This document shows positions 37,771 through 47,498 of a DNA stretch of 64,000 nucleotides, piece after piece. How positions within the stretch are numbered: the stretch's first letter is position 1; every line of letters starts with the position of its first letter. Source of the DNA: Candidatus Limihabitans stercoravium (lineage in GTDB: Bacteria > Bacillota > Clostridia > Christensenellales > CAG-314); NCBI GenBank assembly GCA_018715495.1, contig DVLO01000022.1, positions 13,172 through 77,171 of the forward strand, in the 5' to 3' direction. Both the position numbers and the translations under genes were made by a program. Under the pieces are notes generated by a model. The model was given only the letters and a program-made list of their open reading frames with translations, was not told the DNA's origin and made no database searches.

Positions 37771-38621
37771 ATGGATTTGTAAATCTAATCAAACCTGTGG
37801 GCGCAACCGCAAGCGATATGGTTGTTTGCCTGAAGAAAATATACTCAATTAAAAAGGTGGGACACATGGGTACGCTGGATCCGGGAGCGGCAGGGGTACT
37901 TCCTGTTGCCGTGGGTAAAGCAACGTGTTTGTTCGATTATCTTACGGCAAAGCGTAAGACATATCGTGCGTGGTTTACCTTTGGTAAAACTACAGATACG
38001 CTTGACTCTTACGGAGTTGTAACGGGTCGATCGGATTTACCTGAGCGCAGTGCAGTTGTCGGCGCTTTACCGCAGTTTGTCGGAGAGATTGTGCAAGTTC
38101 CGCCAATGTATTCGGCAATCAATGTCAATGGCCAGCGCGCCTATGACCTGGCACGACAGGGACAAACGGTAGAACTCAAAAGTCGTACTGTAAATGTTTA
38201 CCGATTTGAACTGGTGCGGACTGAAGGCGAAGCTACCTACGTTTTTGATATAGAATGCGGTGGTGGTACTTACATTCGTTCGCTGTGCCGTGACCTTGCT
38301 GAAAAACTTGGTTGCGTTGCCTATATGTCGGCATTGATACGCACGTCCTCAGGGACATTCGACTTGTCGAATGCTGTTACAATCGATCAGGTCAGGGAAA
38401 GACCGATGGATTGTCTGTTGTCTGTTGACTTTGCAATAGGCGATGTCGGAAGTTACGTTTTTTCTGGTACGTTGTATGATAAATTGAACAACGGCGTAAA
38501 ACTAAAATGTAATTTTACCGGTTACAAAAAGATATATTGTAACGACATTTTGTTCGGACTGGGCAGATGTGTAGATGGAAAACTACAACTTGATTACTAC
38601 TTGAAAGATGCAAACAATTGA
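37767..38621 (+). CDS. truB: tRNA pseudouridine55 synthase TruB
   Basis: GFVNLIKPVGATASDMV and HMGTLDPGAAGVLPV (catalytic Asp). ATG 37767 overlaps the nrnA stop. The tracked 37659 extension lies inside nrnA. Confidence 0.93.
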   Translation: MNGFVNLIKPVGATASDMVVCLKKIYSIKKVGHMGTLDPGAAGVLPVAVGKATCLFDYLTAKRKTYRAWFTFGKTTDTLDSYGVVTGRSDLPERSAVVGALPQFVGEIVQVPPMYSAINVNGQRAYDLARQGQTVELKSRTVNVYRFELVRTEGEATYVFDIECGGGTYIRSLCRDLAEKLGCVAYMSALIRTSSGTFDLSNAVTIDQVRERPMDCLLSVDFAIGDVGSYVFSGTLYDKLNNGVKLKCNFTGYKKIYCNDILFGLGRCVDGKLQLDYYLKDANN

Positions 38622-39501
38622 ACTTGGACAACAATTTAATAAGCCCTTTGTCATTGCGCTGGGTTTCTTCGACTGTATGCACCTGGGACATCGTGCATTG
38701 TTGAATGAAGCTAAAAGCATTGCAGACAAGTACAATTGTATGGTAGCAATGTTTACTTTCAGCAACAACCACTTTAAGGTTTTAGGCAAGGATACAAAAC
38801 TCATTTACACGATTGAAGAACGGCAGCAGATTTTCGAAGATCTTGGCGTCGATCTTACAGTGTGTTCTGTATTTGACAAAAATTTCATGGCAATGAAGTC
38901 AGAGGAATTTTTGGGTCGTTTGTTTGGTTACGATATCAAGGGTGTTGTGTGCGGATTTGATTACTCCTGTGGTAGCGATATTGCTAAGAGCAGTGATGTT
39001 GTACGTTACTGCAACGGAAAAGGTGTTGAGTGTCACGTTGTCGGAGAGGTTACGGTAGGGGGCGAAAAGGTTTCCAGCACGTTAGTCAGAAATTTACTGA
39101 CCAGCGGTAATGTGGAAAAAGCCAACAAATTGCTCAGCCAGGATTTCTTCATATGTGGAACTGTTGTGCATGGCAGAGGCGTGGGACACACAATTGGTTT
39201 CCCTACAGCAAATGTTGCTGTTGCAGCTGACAAATTGTTGCCTGTCGGCGTATATGGAGGATATGTTTACATTGACGGAGTACGCCACAAAGCAATTGTT
39301 AACATAGGTTCCAAACCAACATTTGATGTTGACAATCAAACGTTGGAAGCGCATATACTGGATTTTGCGCAGGATATTTACGGTAAACATATAAAGGTGT
39401 CTGTCGTTGAGTATCTGCGTGGAATCTCAAAATTCAGTAGTGTTGAACAGTTGTGTAATCAGCTGCGACAAGATTTAAAGAGGGTGAGACTTTATGATTA
39501 A
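38608..39501 (+). CDS. ribF: Bifunctional riboflavin kinase / FAD synthetase
   Basis: ALGFFDCMHLGHRAL nucleotidyltransferase motif. C-terminal kinase domain (GRGVGHTIGFPTAN, PTFD). Confidence 0.92.
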   Translation: MQTIELGQQFNKPFVIALGFFDCMHLGHRALLNEAKSIADKYNCMVAMFTFSNNHFKVLGKDTKLIYTIEERQQIFEDLGVDLTVCSVFDKNFMAMKSEEFLGRLFGYDIKGVVCGFDYSCGSDIAKSSDVVRYCNGKGVECHVVGEVTVGGEKVSSTLVRNLLTSGNVEKANKLLSQDFFICGTVVHGRGVGHTIGFPTANVAVAADKLLPVGVYGGYVYIDGVRHKAIVNIGSKPTFDVDNQTLEAHILDFAQDIYGKHIKVSVVEYLRGISKFSSVEQLCNQLRQDLKRVRLYD

Positions 39502-40339
39502 ATTCGGCCCCAGCGGCAACAGTCAAAGATTTTACGATGAAGGAAACAATCGTACCATTGAGGCGGCAAAGTGGCTTTATAATCTTGGACTCAATGCGTA
39601 CGAATATTCTTTTGGCAGAGGTATAAACATCAGTGACGCCACTGCGCAGGATATTGGCAGAGAGTTTAATAAATACGGTGTTGAAATTTCTGTTCATGCT
39701 CCCTATTACATCAATTTTGCCAATCCGGACGACAGCATGGCGGAAAAATCCTACAACTACGTAATTAACAGTTGCAGAAAGTTACAGCAATTTGGTGGTA
39801 ACAGAGTTGTTTTTCATCCTGCTACAGTTGGTAAAATGCAGCGTGAAGACGCTGTTGCTCTCGCTGAAAAACGCATTGCGCAACTTGTTGAGCGTATCTA
39901 TCTTGAAGGACTTGACAACTACATGTTTTGCCCCGAAACCATGGGCAAGATCAATCAGATAGGTGATGTTCAGGAAATTGTACGTTTCTGTAAGTTGGAC
40001 AAGTGCCTTGTTCCGTGCGTTGATTTCGGTCATCTCAATGCCCGTACAATGGGTAGTCTCAAGACTGTTGAAGACTTCGAAAAACTGGTAGTGTACATGC
40101 TTGACAACCTTGATTTTTACAAGGTGGACAATATGCATATACACTTTTCTAAGATAGAGTTTGCAAAAGGCGGCGAAGTTCGTCATCTGACATTTGCCGA
40201 TCAGATGTACGGACCTGATTTTTCTAATCTTGCTGAAGTGCTGAAAAAGTACAATCTCAATCCTTACATTGTGTGCGAATCGGACGGAACACAGGCTGAC
40301 GACGCTATTACAATGAAGAACATATATTACAGTTTATAA
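39494..40339 (+). CDS. Xylose-isomerase-like TIM-barrel protein (endonuclease IV-related family)
   Basis: 281 aa. FGPSG...YEYSFGRG...SVHAPYYINFANPD...VFHPA...PETMGK...DFGH is an AP-endonuclease-2/TIM-barrel metal-site pattern. Confidence 0.55.
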   Translation: MIKFGPSGNSQRFYDEGNNRTIEAAKWLYNLGLNAYEYSFGRGINISDATAQDIGREFNKYGVEISVHAPYYINFANPDDSMAEKSYNYVINSCRKLQQFGGNRVVFHPATVGKMQREDAVALAEKRIAQLVERIYLEGLDNYMFCPETMGKINQIGDVQEIVRFCKLDKCLVPCVDFGHLNARTMGSLKTVEDFEKLVVYMLDNLDFYKVDNMHIHFSKIEFAKGGEVRHLTFADQMYGPDFSNLAEVLKKYNLNPYIVCESDGTQADDAITMKNIYYSL

Positions 40340-40357
40340 ATATTCGGAGGAATTTTT

Positions 40358-41434
40358 ATGAAAGATATTGCTAAACTGTTTTCAATCGCTCCCGACGTGG
40401 ATGCCATACTTGTTACATCGGAAAAGAACAGAAGGTATTTCACCGGATTTGCATCAACATTCGGTTATCTTGTGCTGCTCAAGGACAGAGCGTCTGTTTT
40501 TATTACAGACCCACGATACTTTGAAATGGCTGAGTTTCTTGCAAATGACGGATTTGATGTAAGACAGATTGAAAACGGAGTCAGCGGTCTTGCAATGGTC
40601 TGCTCTATATTGCGTGATATCGGTGCAAAACGTCTTGGGTTTGAAGATACTGAGCTTACGGTTTCTGAATTTGGCTCAATGATAAAGGTGTTTGAGTCTG
40701 AAAAGGTTGCACTTGTTCCTTGCGGAGAGGCAATCAACAAGATGCGCCGTACAAAGACGGAAGAGGAAATTGAATACATCACAAAGGCACAGAGTATTAC
40801 TGACAAGGCATTCAGTCAGATTCTCAACTTTGTAAAACCGGGCGTTACCGAACTTGAAGTAGCAACGGAGTTGCAATACATCATTCACAAACTTGGCGGT
40901 CACGGTCTTGCTTTCGACACAATTGTTGCTTCGGGTGTAAACACATCCAAGCCGCATGCTCATCCTACTGAAAAGGCAATTGAACACGGTGATGCAGTGA
41001 CCATTGACTTCGGCGCATCCTACAATGGATACTGTTCCGACATGACACGTACGTTCTTTGTAGGTGAACCGTCTGAACAAATGCGTTCAATTTACAACAT
41101 TGTATTGCTTGCTCAGAAGACGGCAATCAAAAATGCTTACTGCGGTATGACAGGCAAGGAACTGGACTCATGGGCAAGAGAATTGATTGTTGCTAACGGC
41201 TACGGACAATACTTTACTCACAGTACAGGACACAGCCTTGGTATTGACATTCACGAAGAACCACGTGCTTCTAAACTGTCTGACGACAAGCTGCTTGCAA
41301 ATCAATTTATCACCGTAGAACCTGGAATTTACATCCCGGGAGTGGGCGGCGTACGTATAGAAGATTTGTTGTTAATCAAAGAAGATACAGTTATTGATTT
41401 GACAACTTCCGATAAAAATATTATAATATTATAA
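40358..41434 (+). CDS. Xaa-Pro aminopeptidase/dipeptidase (M24B)
   Basis: Creatinase-like N-domain and a pita-bread fold with metal ligands (DFGASYNGYCSDMTRT, HSTGHSLGIDIHE, EPGIY, RIED). Sits upstream of efp as in B. subtilis yqhT-efp. Confidence 0.85.
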   Translation: MKDIAKLFSIAPDVDAILVTSEKNRRYFTGFASTFGYLVLLKDRASVFITDPRYFEMAEFLANDGFDVRQIENGVSGLAMVCSILRDIGAKRLGFEDTELTVSEFGSMIKVFESEKVALVPCGEAINKMRRTKTEEEIEYITKAQSITDKAFSQILNFVKPGVTELEVATELQYIIHKLGGHGLAFDTIVASGVNTSKPHAHPTEKAIEHGDAVTIDFGASYNGYCSDMTRTFFVGEPSEQMRSIYNIVLLAQKTAIKNAYCGMTGKELDSWARELIVANGYGQYFTHSTGHSLGIDIHEEPRASKLSDDKLLANQFITVEPGIYIPGVGGVRIEDLLLIKEDTVIDLTTSDKNIIIL

Positions 41435-41455
41435 AACACAGGAGGACTGCATTAA

Positions 41456-42016
41456 ATGATTTTAGCTGGCGATTTCAGAAAGGGTGTCACCTTTGTATAC
41501 AACAACGGTATTTATGTAATTGTCGATTTCCAACACGTAAAACCGGGCAAGGGTGCTGCTTTTGTAAGAACAAAGATCAAGAACATTGTAACAGGAGCTG
41601 TTCGTGAAGAAACATTCAACCCTTCAGAAAAGTTCGAAAAGGCTGTTATTGAAAGCAAGGAAATGGAATACTTGTACAACGACGGCGAATTGTATTACTT
41701 CATGGATGGCGAAACCTATGAACAGGTTCCCCTTAACAAGTCTCAGGTTGAAGATGCTTTGATGTTCATGAAAGAAAACATGACAGCATCCATCAAGTTC
41801 TACAAGGGCGAAGCATTTTCTGTTGAACCACCTAACTTCGTTGTTCTTCAGGTTACCGTTTGTGAACCGGGCGCTGTAGGTAACACAGCAACCAACGTAA
41901 CGAAGCCTGCTACACTTGAAACAGGTTATGAATTGATGGTTCCTATGTTCGTGGAAGAAGGCGACTACATCCGTGTCGACACACGTACAGGCGAATACAT
42001 GGAAAGAGCTAAGTAA
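41456..42016 (+). CDS. efp: Elongation factor P
   Basis: [37 protein letters not shown] is canonical EF-P. Confidence 0.96.
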   Translation: MILAGDFRKGVTFVYNNGIYVIVDFQHVKPGKGAAFVRTKIKNIVTGAVREETFNPSEKFEKAVIESKEMEYLYNDGELYYFMDGETYEQVPLNKSQVEDALMFMKENMTASIKFYKGEAFSVEPPNFVVLQVTVCEPGAVGNTATNVTKPATLETGYELMVPMFVEEGDYIRVDTRTGEYMERAK

Positions 42017-42036
42017 TCAATTGTAAAATTTTAAAG

Positions 42037-42065
42037 ACACAAGCAATAGTGCTTGTGTTTTTTTT
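42037..42065 (+). terminator. Rho-independent terminator after efp
   Basis: ACACAAGC (42037-42044) pairs with GCTTGTGT (42051-42058). T7 follows. Confidence 0.85.
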
Positions 42066-42178
42066 ATGCCTTAAAAATCTTTAACGCAGCGGTGTAGAAA
42101 TTTGTTACAAATAGAATGTTGTTGTCGTAAATGCTATTTGAAGTAATAAGTGTAATTGCCTTTAAATAATTGTATTGT

Positions 42179-43015
42179 ATGAGATTGATTGACTGCGTTG
42201 ATGGACAATTGAAGCACGTAGTTGCCGACACGAAATTGCGTGAATTGCGTTTAAGGTGTGGCAAGCCGATAGCCGCTGATCTCAATGGGCAAAGATACTT
42301 TGTTACGGCAAATGGCTACAGTACTTCAGACAGCAATGCAATTGTTGCAGACGGTGAGATGGTGCAGAATCTGTTTCAAAAAGCTACTGAGTCATCAATC
42401 TACACGTACGAACAACAACTCATGCAGGGCTATTTTACGCTTTCTGACGGAGTACGTGTTGGGGTAGCGGGAGAAATTTCCACGGGCGCTAGCGGTAAAT
42501 TTTTCCGCAAGATAAACTCCATGTGTATTCGTGTGCCGCACGATATTTATGGTGCAAGCAGTTGTGTGTGGGGAAATGACTGTGGAAATCTTTTAGTGTG
42601 TGGTAAACCATCATCGGGGAAGACAACGTTTATAAGAGATTACGCCGTGTACCTGTCACGTAAGCGTAATGTGCTTGTGGTCGATGAGCGTGGCGAAATC
42701 AGTCAATCGCAAGGATTCAGAAAAAGTGTTCTTTGTGATGTGTTGCTGTGGGCAGATAAAAAATATTGTTTCGAACTAGGTATTCGCAGCATGTCCCCCG
42801 AAGTGATTGTTTGTGATGAACTGGCGTCGGACGATTCAGATATCCTTACCTACGCTTTGAACAGTGGTGTAAACGTTGTCGCTACATTGCATGCAAGCAG
42901 TGAACAGGATGCAATGGGAAAACTTGGCAATGCGTACAATTTGTTCCAGACGGTAGTCGTGCTTGAAGATCCGAATAAACCGGCATTGATTATCAGAAAT
43001 CATATAAATATGTAG
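42179..43015 (+). CDS. spoIIIAA: Stage III sporulation protein AA (ATPase)
   Basis: Walker A GKPSSGKTTFIRD and Walker B VIVCDE. First gene of an eight-gene spoIIIA-type cluster. I chose ATG 42179. Confidence 0.85.
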   Translation: MRLIDCVDGQLKHVVADTKLRELRLRCGKPIAADLNGQRYFVTANGYSTSDSNAIVADGEMVQNLFQKATESSIYTYEQQLMQGYFTLSDGVRVGVAGEISTGASGKFFRKINSMCIRVPHDIYGASSCVWGNDCGNLLVCGKPSSGKTTFIRDYAVYLSRKRNVLVVDERGEISQSQGFRKSVLCDVLLWADKKYCFELGIRSMSPEVIVCDELASDDSDILTYALNSGVNVVATLHASSEQDAMGKLGNAYNLFQTVVVLEDPNKPALIIRNHINM

Positions 43016-43019
43016 TAGT

Positions 43020-43487
43020 ATGACAGACATAGTATTATTAATTTTGTGCATTTTGCTAGGTTTTTGGCTTGGTAAGTCTTGGGAACGTCAGCTGTGGCTT
43101 CGTGAGGAAGTTATATCGCTTCACTGTGAATTTGCCAGAAATCTGCTGTCAAATGTTAAATGCGGTAAAGTTACAATGACTCAATTCGTTTCCGATTTTA
43201 CCGCTGAATGTAAGTCGGACGCATTTATCAAATGTGTAGATAAGTTCTTTTACGGTAAAGAAACTTCAATTGGAGTCAAACTTACCACTCAGCAATTAAA
43301 GAGCATCAGCGATTTTTGGTCAGGCAGGTTTACCAGCACGCAGCAATTTATATCTCACATTGAGTACTACATTGACTACTTCGGTAACCTATCCCGACAG
43401 CTGAAAGAGGAATGTCGTCAGCGTTCTTCTCTTGGTGTGAAATTAGGCATACTGCTTGGCAGTGCGCTGGGATTGATGTTGATTTAG
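43020..43487 (+). CDS. spoIIIAB: Stage III sporulation protein AB
   Basis: 155 aa with N- and C-terminal TM helices flanking a helical cytoplasmic domain. Operon position. Confidence 0.7.
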   Translation: MTDIVLLILCILLGFWLGKSWERQLWLREEVISLHCEFARNLLSNVKCGKVTMTQFVSDFTAECKSDAFIKCVDKFFYGKETSIGVKLTTQQLKSISDFWSGRFTSTQQFISHIEYYIDYFGNLSRQLKEECRQRSSLGVKLGILLGSALGLMLI

Positions 43488-43494
43488 GTGGATT

Positions 43495-43689
43495 ATGGAC
43501 ATTACAATCATTTTCAAGATTGCAGGCATCGGACTTCTGACAGCAGTTGCCTGCATGTTACTTAAAAAAGCAAATAAAGAGGAGATTGCAACCCTTGTTT
43601 CACTGGCAGGGCTTATACTTGCATTAGTGCTGGTATTGGACATGATCGTTCAGTTGTTTGATGTGGTCAAGGGGCTGTTCGAACTGTAG
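43495..43689 (+). CDS. spoIIIAC: Stage III sporulation protein AC
   Basis: 64-aa two-TM protein (IFKIAGIGLLTAV...LAGLILAL). Operon position. Confidence 0.85.
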   Translation: MDITIIFKIAGIGLLTAVACMLLKKANKEEIATLVSLAGLILALVLVLDMIVQLFDVVKGLFEL

Positions 43690-43691
43690 TT

Positions 43692-44078
43692 ATGGATGTC
43701 GTAAAAATTTGTGCAATGGCGTTGATTGCTGTGGTGGCTGTAGTGTTACTGAAAGAAACACGGCCTGAATTGGCAGTTGTTCTTACAATTGCAACCTCCG
43801 TGCTGATTGTCGCTTCTGCTGTAGACAATCTCTTTGACGTGGTGTATTCCTTTTACGAACTGTCCGAACAGTCGGGGGTGGACAAGCAGTCGTTAAGCTG
43901 TGTAGTCAAGATTATCGGTATTGGGTACATTGCCGAATTTGCAAACAACATCTGCATTGATGCCAATTGCAAGAGTATAGGTGCTAAGGTTTTGTTTGCG
44001 TCGAAAATTGCAATTGCCCTGACTGCATTACCGGTACTTACCCGTCTTTTCGAATTACTCAGGGGATTTCTACTATGA
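43692..44078 (+). CDS. spoIIIAD: Stage III sporulation protein AD
   Basis: 128-aa four-TM protein (VKIIGIGYIAEFANNICIDA is the conserved AC/AD-family motif). Confidence 0.85.
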   Translation: MDVVKICAMALIAVVAVVLLKETRPELAVVLTIATSVLIVASAVDNLFDVVYSFYELSEQSGVDKQSLSCVVKIIGIGYIAEFANNICIDANCKSIGAKVLFASKIAIALTALPVLTRLFELLRGFLL

Positions 44079-45220
44079 AGAAAATATTTGTTTTGCTGTT
44101 GCTTATAGCTGTTGTATTGTCCCTTGGCGCTACAGCGATAGCCGAAAATGACGTGGAACAAGGTCTCAACGATGCAATAGATGAAGCTTTGGACAATCTT
44201 GATTTTTCTGACGTCAACGAATTACTGGACGGAATGATGTTCGGCGATGTGGCTGAAAAGGTGCAAAGCATCTTAAACGGCGAATTCGACAGTGCGGAAA
44301 GTTTTCTCCAGTTTGTGCTCAATATATTTGCCGATCAATTAAAACGCATTTTGCCTACCTTGGCAACACTTTTTGCTATATGCGTTCTTTGCGGGCTGGT
44401 GACAGTCAATAAATCCGGATTTATAAGCAGCGGTACAAGTAACCTTGTTTACCTTGTTGGATTGTCCATAGTACTGACGACTCTTGTTGCTGTGATGTTT
44501 GACTTGTACCGTTCGGTGTACGTACTTTTTGCAAGACTGTCAGTGCTGATTGACGCAACAATGCCAATTGTACTTACATTGATGATTGCAAACGGTGCTA
44601 CTGTTTCGGCGTCTGTTTATCAACCGGCTGTAGCAATGTTGTCGGGAGGCATCATTACAATGGTGCGAAATGTAATACTTCCCATGTGTACTGTGGGATT
44701 GGTATTTGCAATTGTAAGTCATCTTTCAAACAACGTAAAGGTCACAAAGTTGTCTGGATTTTTCACCAGTTGTTCTTCATGGCTACTTGGTGTGATTTTC
44801 ATGATATTTGGTTCATTTCTCTCCGTGCAGGGAATAACATCAGCAACAATTGACGGAGTTTCCGTGCGTGCCATAAAGTTTGCAACCAAAAATTACATAC
44901 CCATTCTGGGAGGCTATCTTTCAGACGGATTCGACATGATTGTCGCTTCATCAACACTGATAAAAAACGCTTTCGGTGCGGTGGTTTTGTTGATGTTACT
45001 TTCTACAGTCTTGTCAACAATTGTATCTATTCTGGCCTATAATCTTGGATTGCAGCTTGTAAGTGCTTTTGCCGAACCACTTACAGACGGTAAATTCATC
45101 GGATTTTTTAGCGCAATCAGCAAAAATCTCACTTTTTTGACAGTTTTGGTTGTTGCAGTGACATTTATGTTCTTTATACTTGTAATGCTGACAATCTACA
45201 CTGCAAACGGTTTTTTTTAA
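44075..45220 (+). CDS. spoIIIAE: Stage III sporulation protein AE
   Basis: Signal peptide plus a polytopic membrane protein of about 380 aa. Operon position. Confidence 0.85.
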   Translation: MKKIFVLLLLIAVVLSLGATAIAENDVEQGLNDAIDEALDNLDFSDVNELLDGMMFGDVAEKVQSILNGEFDSAESFLQFVLNIFADQLKRILPTLATLFAICVLCGLVTVNKSGFISSGTSNLVYLVGLSIVLTTLVAVMFDLYRSVYVLFARLSVLIDATMPIVLTLMIANGATVSASVYQPAVAMLSGGIITMVRNVILPMCTVGLVFAIVSHLSNNVKVTKLSGFFTSCSSWLLGVIFMIFGSFLSVQGITSATIDGVSVRAIKFATKNYIPILGGYLSDGFDMIVASSTLIKNAFGAVVLLMLLSTVLSTIVSILAYNLGLQLVSAFAEPLTDGKFIGFFSAISKNLTFLTVLVVAVTFMFFILVMLTIYTANGFF

Positions 45221-45229
45221 GGAGGTTAT

Positions 45230-45697
45230 ATGGGAAACTGGGCGATTTCGGTTGTCGGCACAGTTTTACTTACCGTACTTGCCGACGTCATCCTGCCGGA
45301 CGGACAGACAAACAAATACGTCAAGACGGCGCTGTCTGTTGTTGTAATTGTAGCCATGCTGACACCTTTGTTGAAGTTGTCTGTAAATATTGGTTGGATA
45401 AGTTACGATAAAGAGTATCAACCGCAGTTGCAGTACCTTTACAGCGTTGAAGTCAAGCAGGAACAGACTCTTGAGGACATGCTGTCCGATAAACTGGCAG
45501 ATAAATACGGGCAATGTGAAGTTGATGTTGACGCAACACTTGATCAGGACGGACTGGAAATAAATAAAGTTTGCGTTGAGTTGGAAAAAAGAGTAATAGA
45601 CAGCGCACAGCAAAATATACTATTTACAGAGATTGGCAAAACCGTTGCTTCTCTGTGCGGAGTGTCAGAGGACAGAGTGGAGGTGTCATGGCAATAA
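45230..45697 (+). CDS. spoIIIAF: Stage III sporulation protein AF
   Basis: Two N-terminal TM helices (ILPDGQTNKYVKTALSVVVI) plus a soluble domain. Operon position. Confidence 0.7.
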   Translation: MGNWAISVVGTVLLTVLADVILPDGQTNKYVKTALSVVVIVAMLTPLLKLSVNIGWISYDKEYQPQLQYLYSVEVKQEQTLEDMLSDKLADKYGQCEVDVDATLDQDGLEINKVCVELEKRVIDSAQQNILFTEIGKTVASLCGVSEDRVEVSWQ

Positions 45698-46170
45698 AAC
45701 AGGCGATAAGTAAACTTAAAAACACCAAGAACATTGAGCTGATTATAGCGGTGATACTGTGTCTTGTAATCGTTGTTCTGTTTGCGTCAAACTTTCTGTC
45801 ATTACCTTCATCATCGTCGGGTCAATCGTTTGACAGCTACACAATGGGACTTGAAGACAAATTGAAACAGGTCATTTCGGCAATGGATGGTGTGAACGGC
45901 GTAGAAGTGGCAATTTCCTTTAAATCGGGCACAGAGAAAGTGTACGCATTCGAAACCATCGTAAAAACAAGCGGTGGCGTAACCACAGAAGAAACGCAGA
46001 TTGTGACCAGTCAGGGTCAACCGGTAGTGCTTAAAGAACTTGCACCTGACATATTAGGTGTTGTAGTTGTGGCAAGCGGACTGGAAGACGTGGGCGTCAG
46101 ACTGCGAATAGTTCAGGCGGTTGTAACTCTGCTGGGCATTGACGGCAGTAAAGTACAAGTTTTTAGTTAA
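45688..46170 (+). CDS. spoIIIAG: Stage III sporulation protein AG
   Basis: N-terminal TM helix and a ring-building-motif domain (MDGVNGVEVAISF...LGVVVVASG). ATG 45688 overlaps the end of spoIIIAF. Confidence 0.75.
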   Translation: MAIKQAISKLKNTKNIELIIAVILCLVIVVLFASNFLSLPSSSSGQSFDSYTMGLEDKLKQVISAMDGVNGVEVAISFKSGTEKVYAFETIVKTSGGVTTEETQIVTSQGQPVVLKELAPDILGVVVVASGLEDVGVRLRIVQAVVTLLGIDGSKVQVFS

Positions 46171-46191
46171 TATTTTAGGGGAGGCAAAACA

Positions 46192-46668
46192 ATGTCGAAA
46201 AAAGGAAAAATAATTACTCTTGTAGCAATGGTACTTGTGCTTGCAGGTGCGGCTGTACTCAATGTGGTGTTACTTGCTGATTCAAGCGGTAGTGACGGAT
46301 CGGTTCAACAGACAGCAGGGTTCTTCCAGACATCCAGACTTGACAGACAAAACACACGTGAGTTCGAACTTCAACAATTGAATGACATCATTGCAATGGA
46401 AGGCGACGAATATGCTGAAGCAAGGCAAAATGCAATTGATCAGAAATCCAAGCTCATTGATGCAATGGAAACAGAACTCCTGCTTGAAACGCTGCTCAAG
46501 GGTCAAGGCTTTGCAGATGCTCTTGTTACAATTTCTACAGCAAGTGACAACATCAGCGTTATTGTAGATGCTGACGAACTGACTCACGAAGACACAGTCA
46601 GAATTTACAGTACAATTACAACAGAAACAAGTACTTCGCCCGATTACGTAAAAATCTTTGCTATCTAA
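46192..46668 (+). CDS. spoIIIAH: Stage III sporulation protein AH
   Basis: N-terminal TM helix, FFQTSRLDRQNTRE motif and a YscJ-like C-terminus. Last gene of the cluster. Confidence 0.7.
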   Translation: MSKKGKIITLVAMVLVLAGAAVLNVVLLADSSGSDGSVQQTAGFFQTSRLDRQNTREFELQQLNDIIAMEGDEYAEARQNAIDQKSKLIDAMETELLLETLLKGQGFADALVTISTASDNISVIVDADELTHEDTVRIYSTITTETSTSPDYVKIFAI

Positions 46669-46697
46669 TTGTAATTTGGTAAAAAGTATGATATACT
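46669..46697 (+). promoter_or_regulatory. Putative sigma-A promoter for asp23-nusB-folD...
   Basis: TTGTAA (46669-46674), 17-nt spacer, extended -10 TGaTATACT (46689-46697). Confidence 0.45.
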
Positions 46698-46727
46698 ACC
46701 AGTAATATCTTATCTGTGAGGTAAAAT

Positions 46728-47060
46728 ATGAAGGTAGTTTCTAAAAGAGATGCTTCCGGAAGACTGGTTTACAACAGTTCATTGGTAAAGGATGTAGTAG
46801 ACTGTGCTTTGAGTGAAATTGATGGCGTTGTAAAGTATCCGCCGCAATCCAAGCAGGCACGTGACAGCATTCGTTACGAACAGTCAGGCGAAGAAATGTA
46901 CATTGACATTTACGTTAAACTTCGCCACAATGTCAAGGTTGGAACAGTTGCCGGTCAGATTCAGAGCGAAGTAAAAAGCAACATTGAAAACATGACGGAA
47001 TTCAAGGTGAAGAGCGTCAATGTTCACGTTGTTGACGTTGAATTTGAAGAAAACAATTGA
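46728..47060 (+). CDS. Asp23/Gls24-family (alkaline shock) protein
   Basis: 110 aa. VVDCALSEIDGVV...V.V..V.V matches the Asp23 pattern. Sits upstream of nusB as B. subtilis yqhY does. Confidence 0.8.
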   Translation: MKVVSKRDASGRLVYNSSLVKDVVDCALSEIDGVVKYPPQSKQARDSIRYEQSGEEMYIDIYVKLRHNVKVGTVAGQIQSEVKSNIENMTEFKVKSVNVHVVDVEFEENN

Positions 47061-47066
47061 TTGGTT

Positions 47067-47104
47067 CTAAACCCTTTGGCAATCAAAGGGTTTAGTGTTT
47101 ATTT
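47067..47104 (+). terminator. Hairpin between asp23 and nusB (terminator/attenuator-like)
   Basis: CTAAACCCTTTG (47067-47078) pairs perfectly with CAAAGGGTTTAG (47084-47095), 12 bp. TGTTTATTT follows. Confidence 0.5.
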
Positions 47105-47114
47105 AGGGGTTTAT

Positions 47115-47498
47115 ATGAGAGCATACGCAAGAGAAACAGCATTCTGCATGGTGTACCGTCAGTTGATGGCGGAACAACAACAGGATTTTTCTATGTTTGA
47201 TGAAGACAAACTGACGGAAGGAGACAAGCAATTTGCCTCACAACTGGCAGGATTTGTAGCTAAGAACAAGGAAGAAATTGATCAGACCATTGCTAAGTTT
47301 TCACGTGGATTCAGGTACGATCGTCTTTGCAAGACCGACCTGGCAGTACTTGAAACGGCTATTGCCGAAATCATGTCCTGTGATACGCCTTTCCCTGTGG
47401 TAATCAACGAAGCAGTAGGTTTTGCCAAGAAATATTCCACACCCAAGAGTGCATCTTTCGTCAACGGAATACTGGCAAGTTATGTAAGGGAGAAATGA
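47115..47498 (+). CDS. nusB: Transcription antitermination factor NusB
   Basis: RAYARETAFCMVYRQL ... DLAVLETAIAEI ... INEAVGFAKKY...FVNGIL. I chose ATG 47115 because the tracked extension runs through the hairpin. Confidence 0.9.
   Translation: MRAYARETAFCMVYRQLMAEQQQDFSMFDEDKLTEGDKQFASQLAGFVAKNKEEIDQTIAKFSRGFRYDRLCKTDLAVLETAIAEIMSCDTPFPVVINEAVGFAKKYSTPKSASFVNGILASYVREK

Noticed and set aside
42066-42178. Search for a sigma-E-type promoter upstream of spoIIIAA, and for sigma-F/G-type promoters upstream of spoIVB (55879-56007).
   Set aside because: I found only partial matches (for example AATAGAAT near 42110 and CAAACTA near 55974), without a properly spaced -35 element. That is not strong enough to report as features. 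The 73-aa - strand ORF at 42064-42285 in this AT-rich spacer is also considered spurious.
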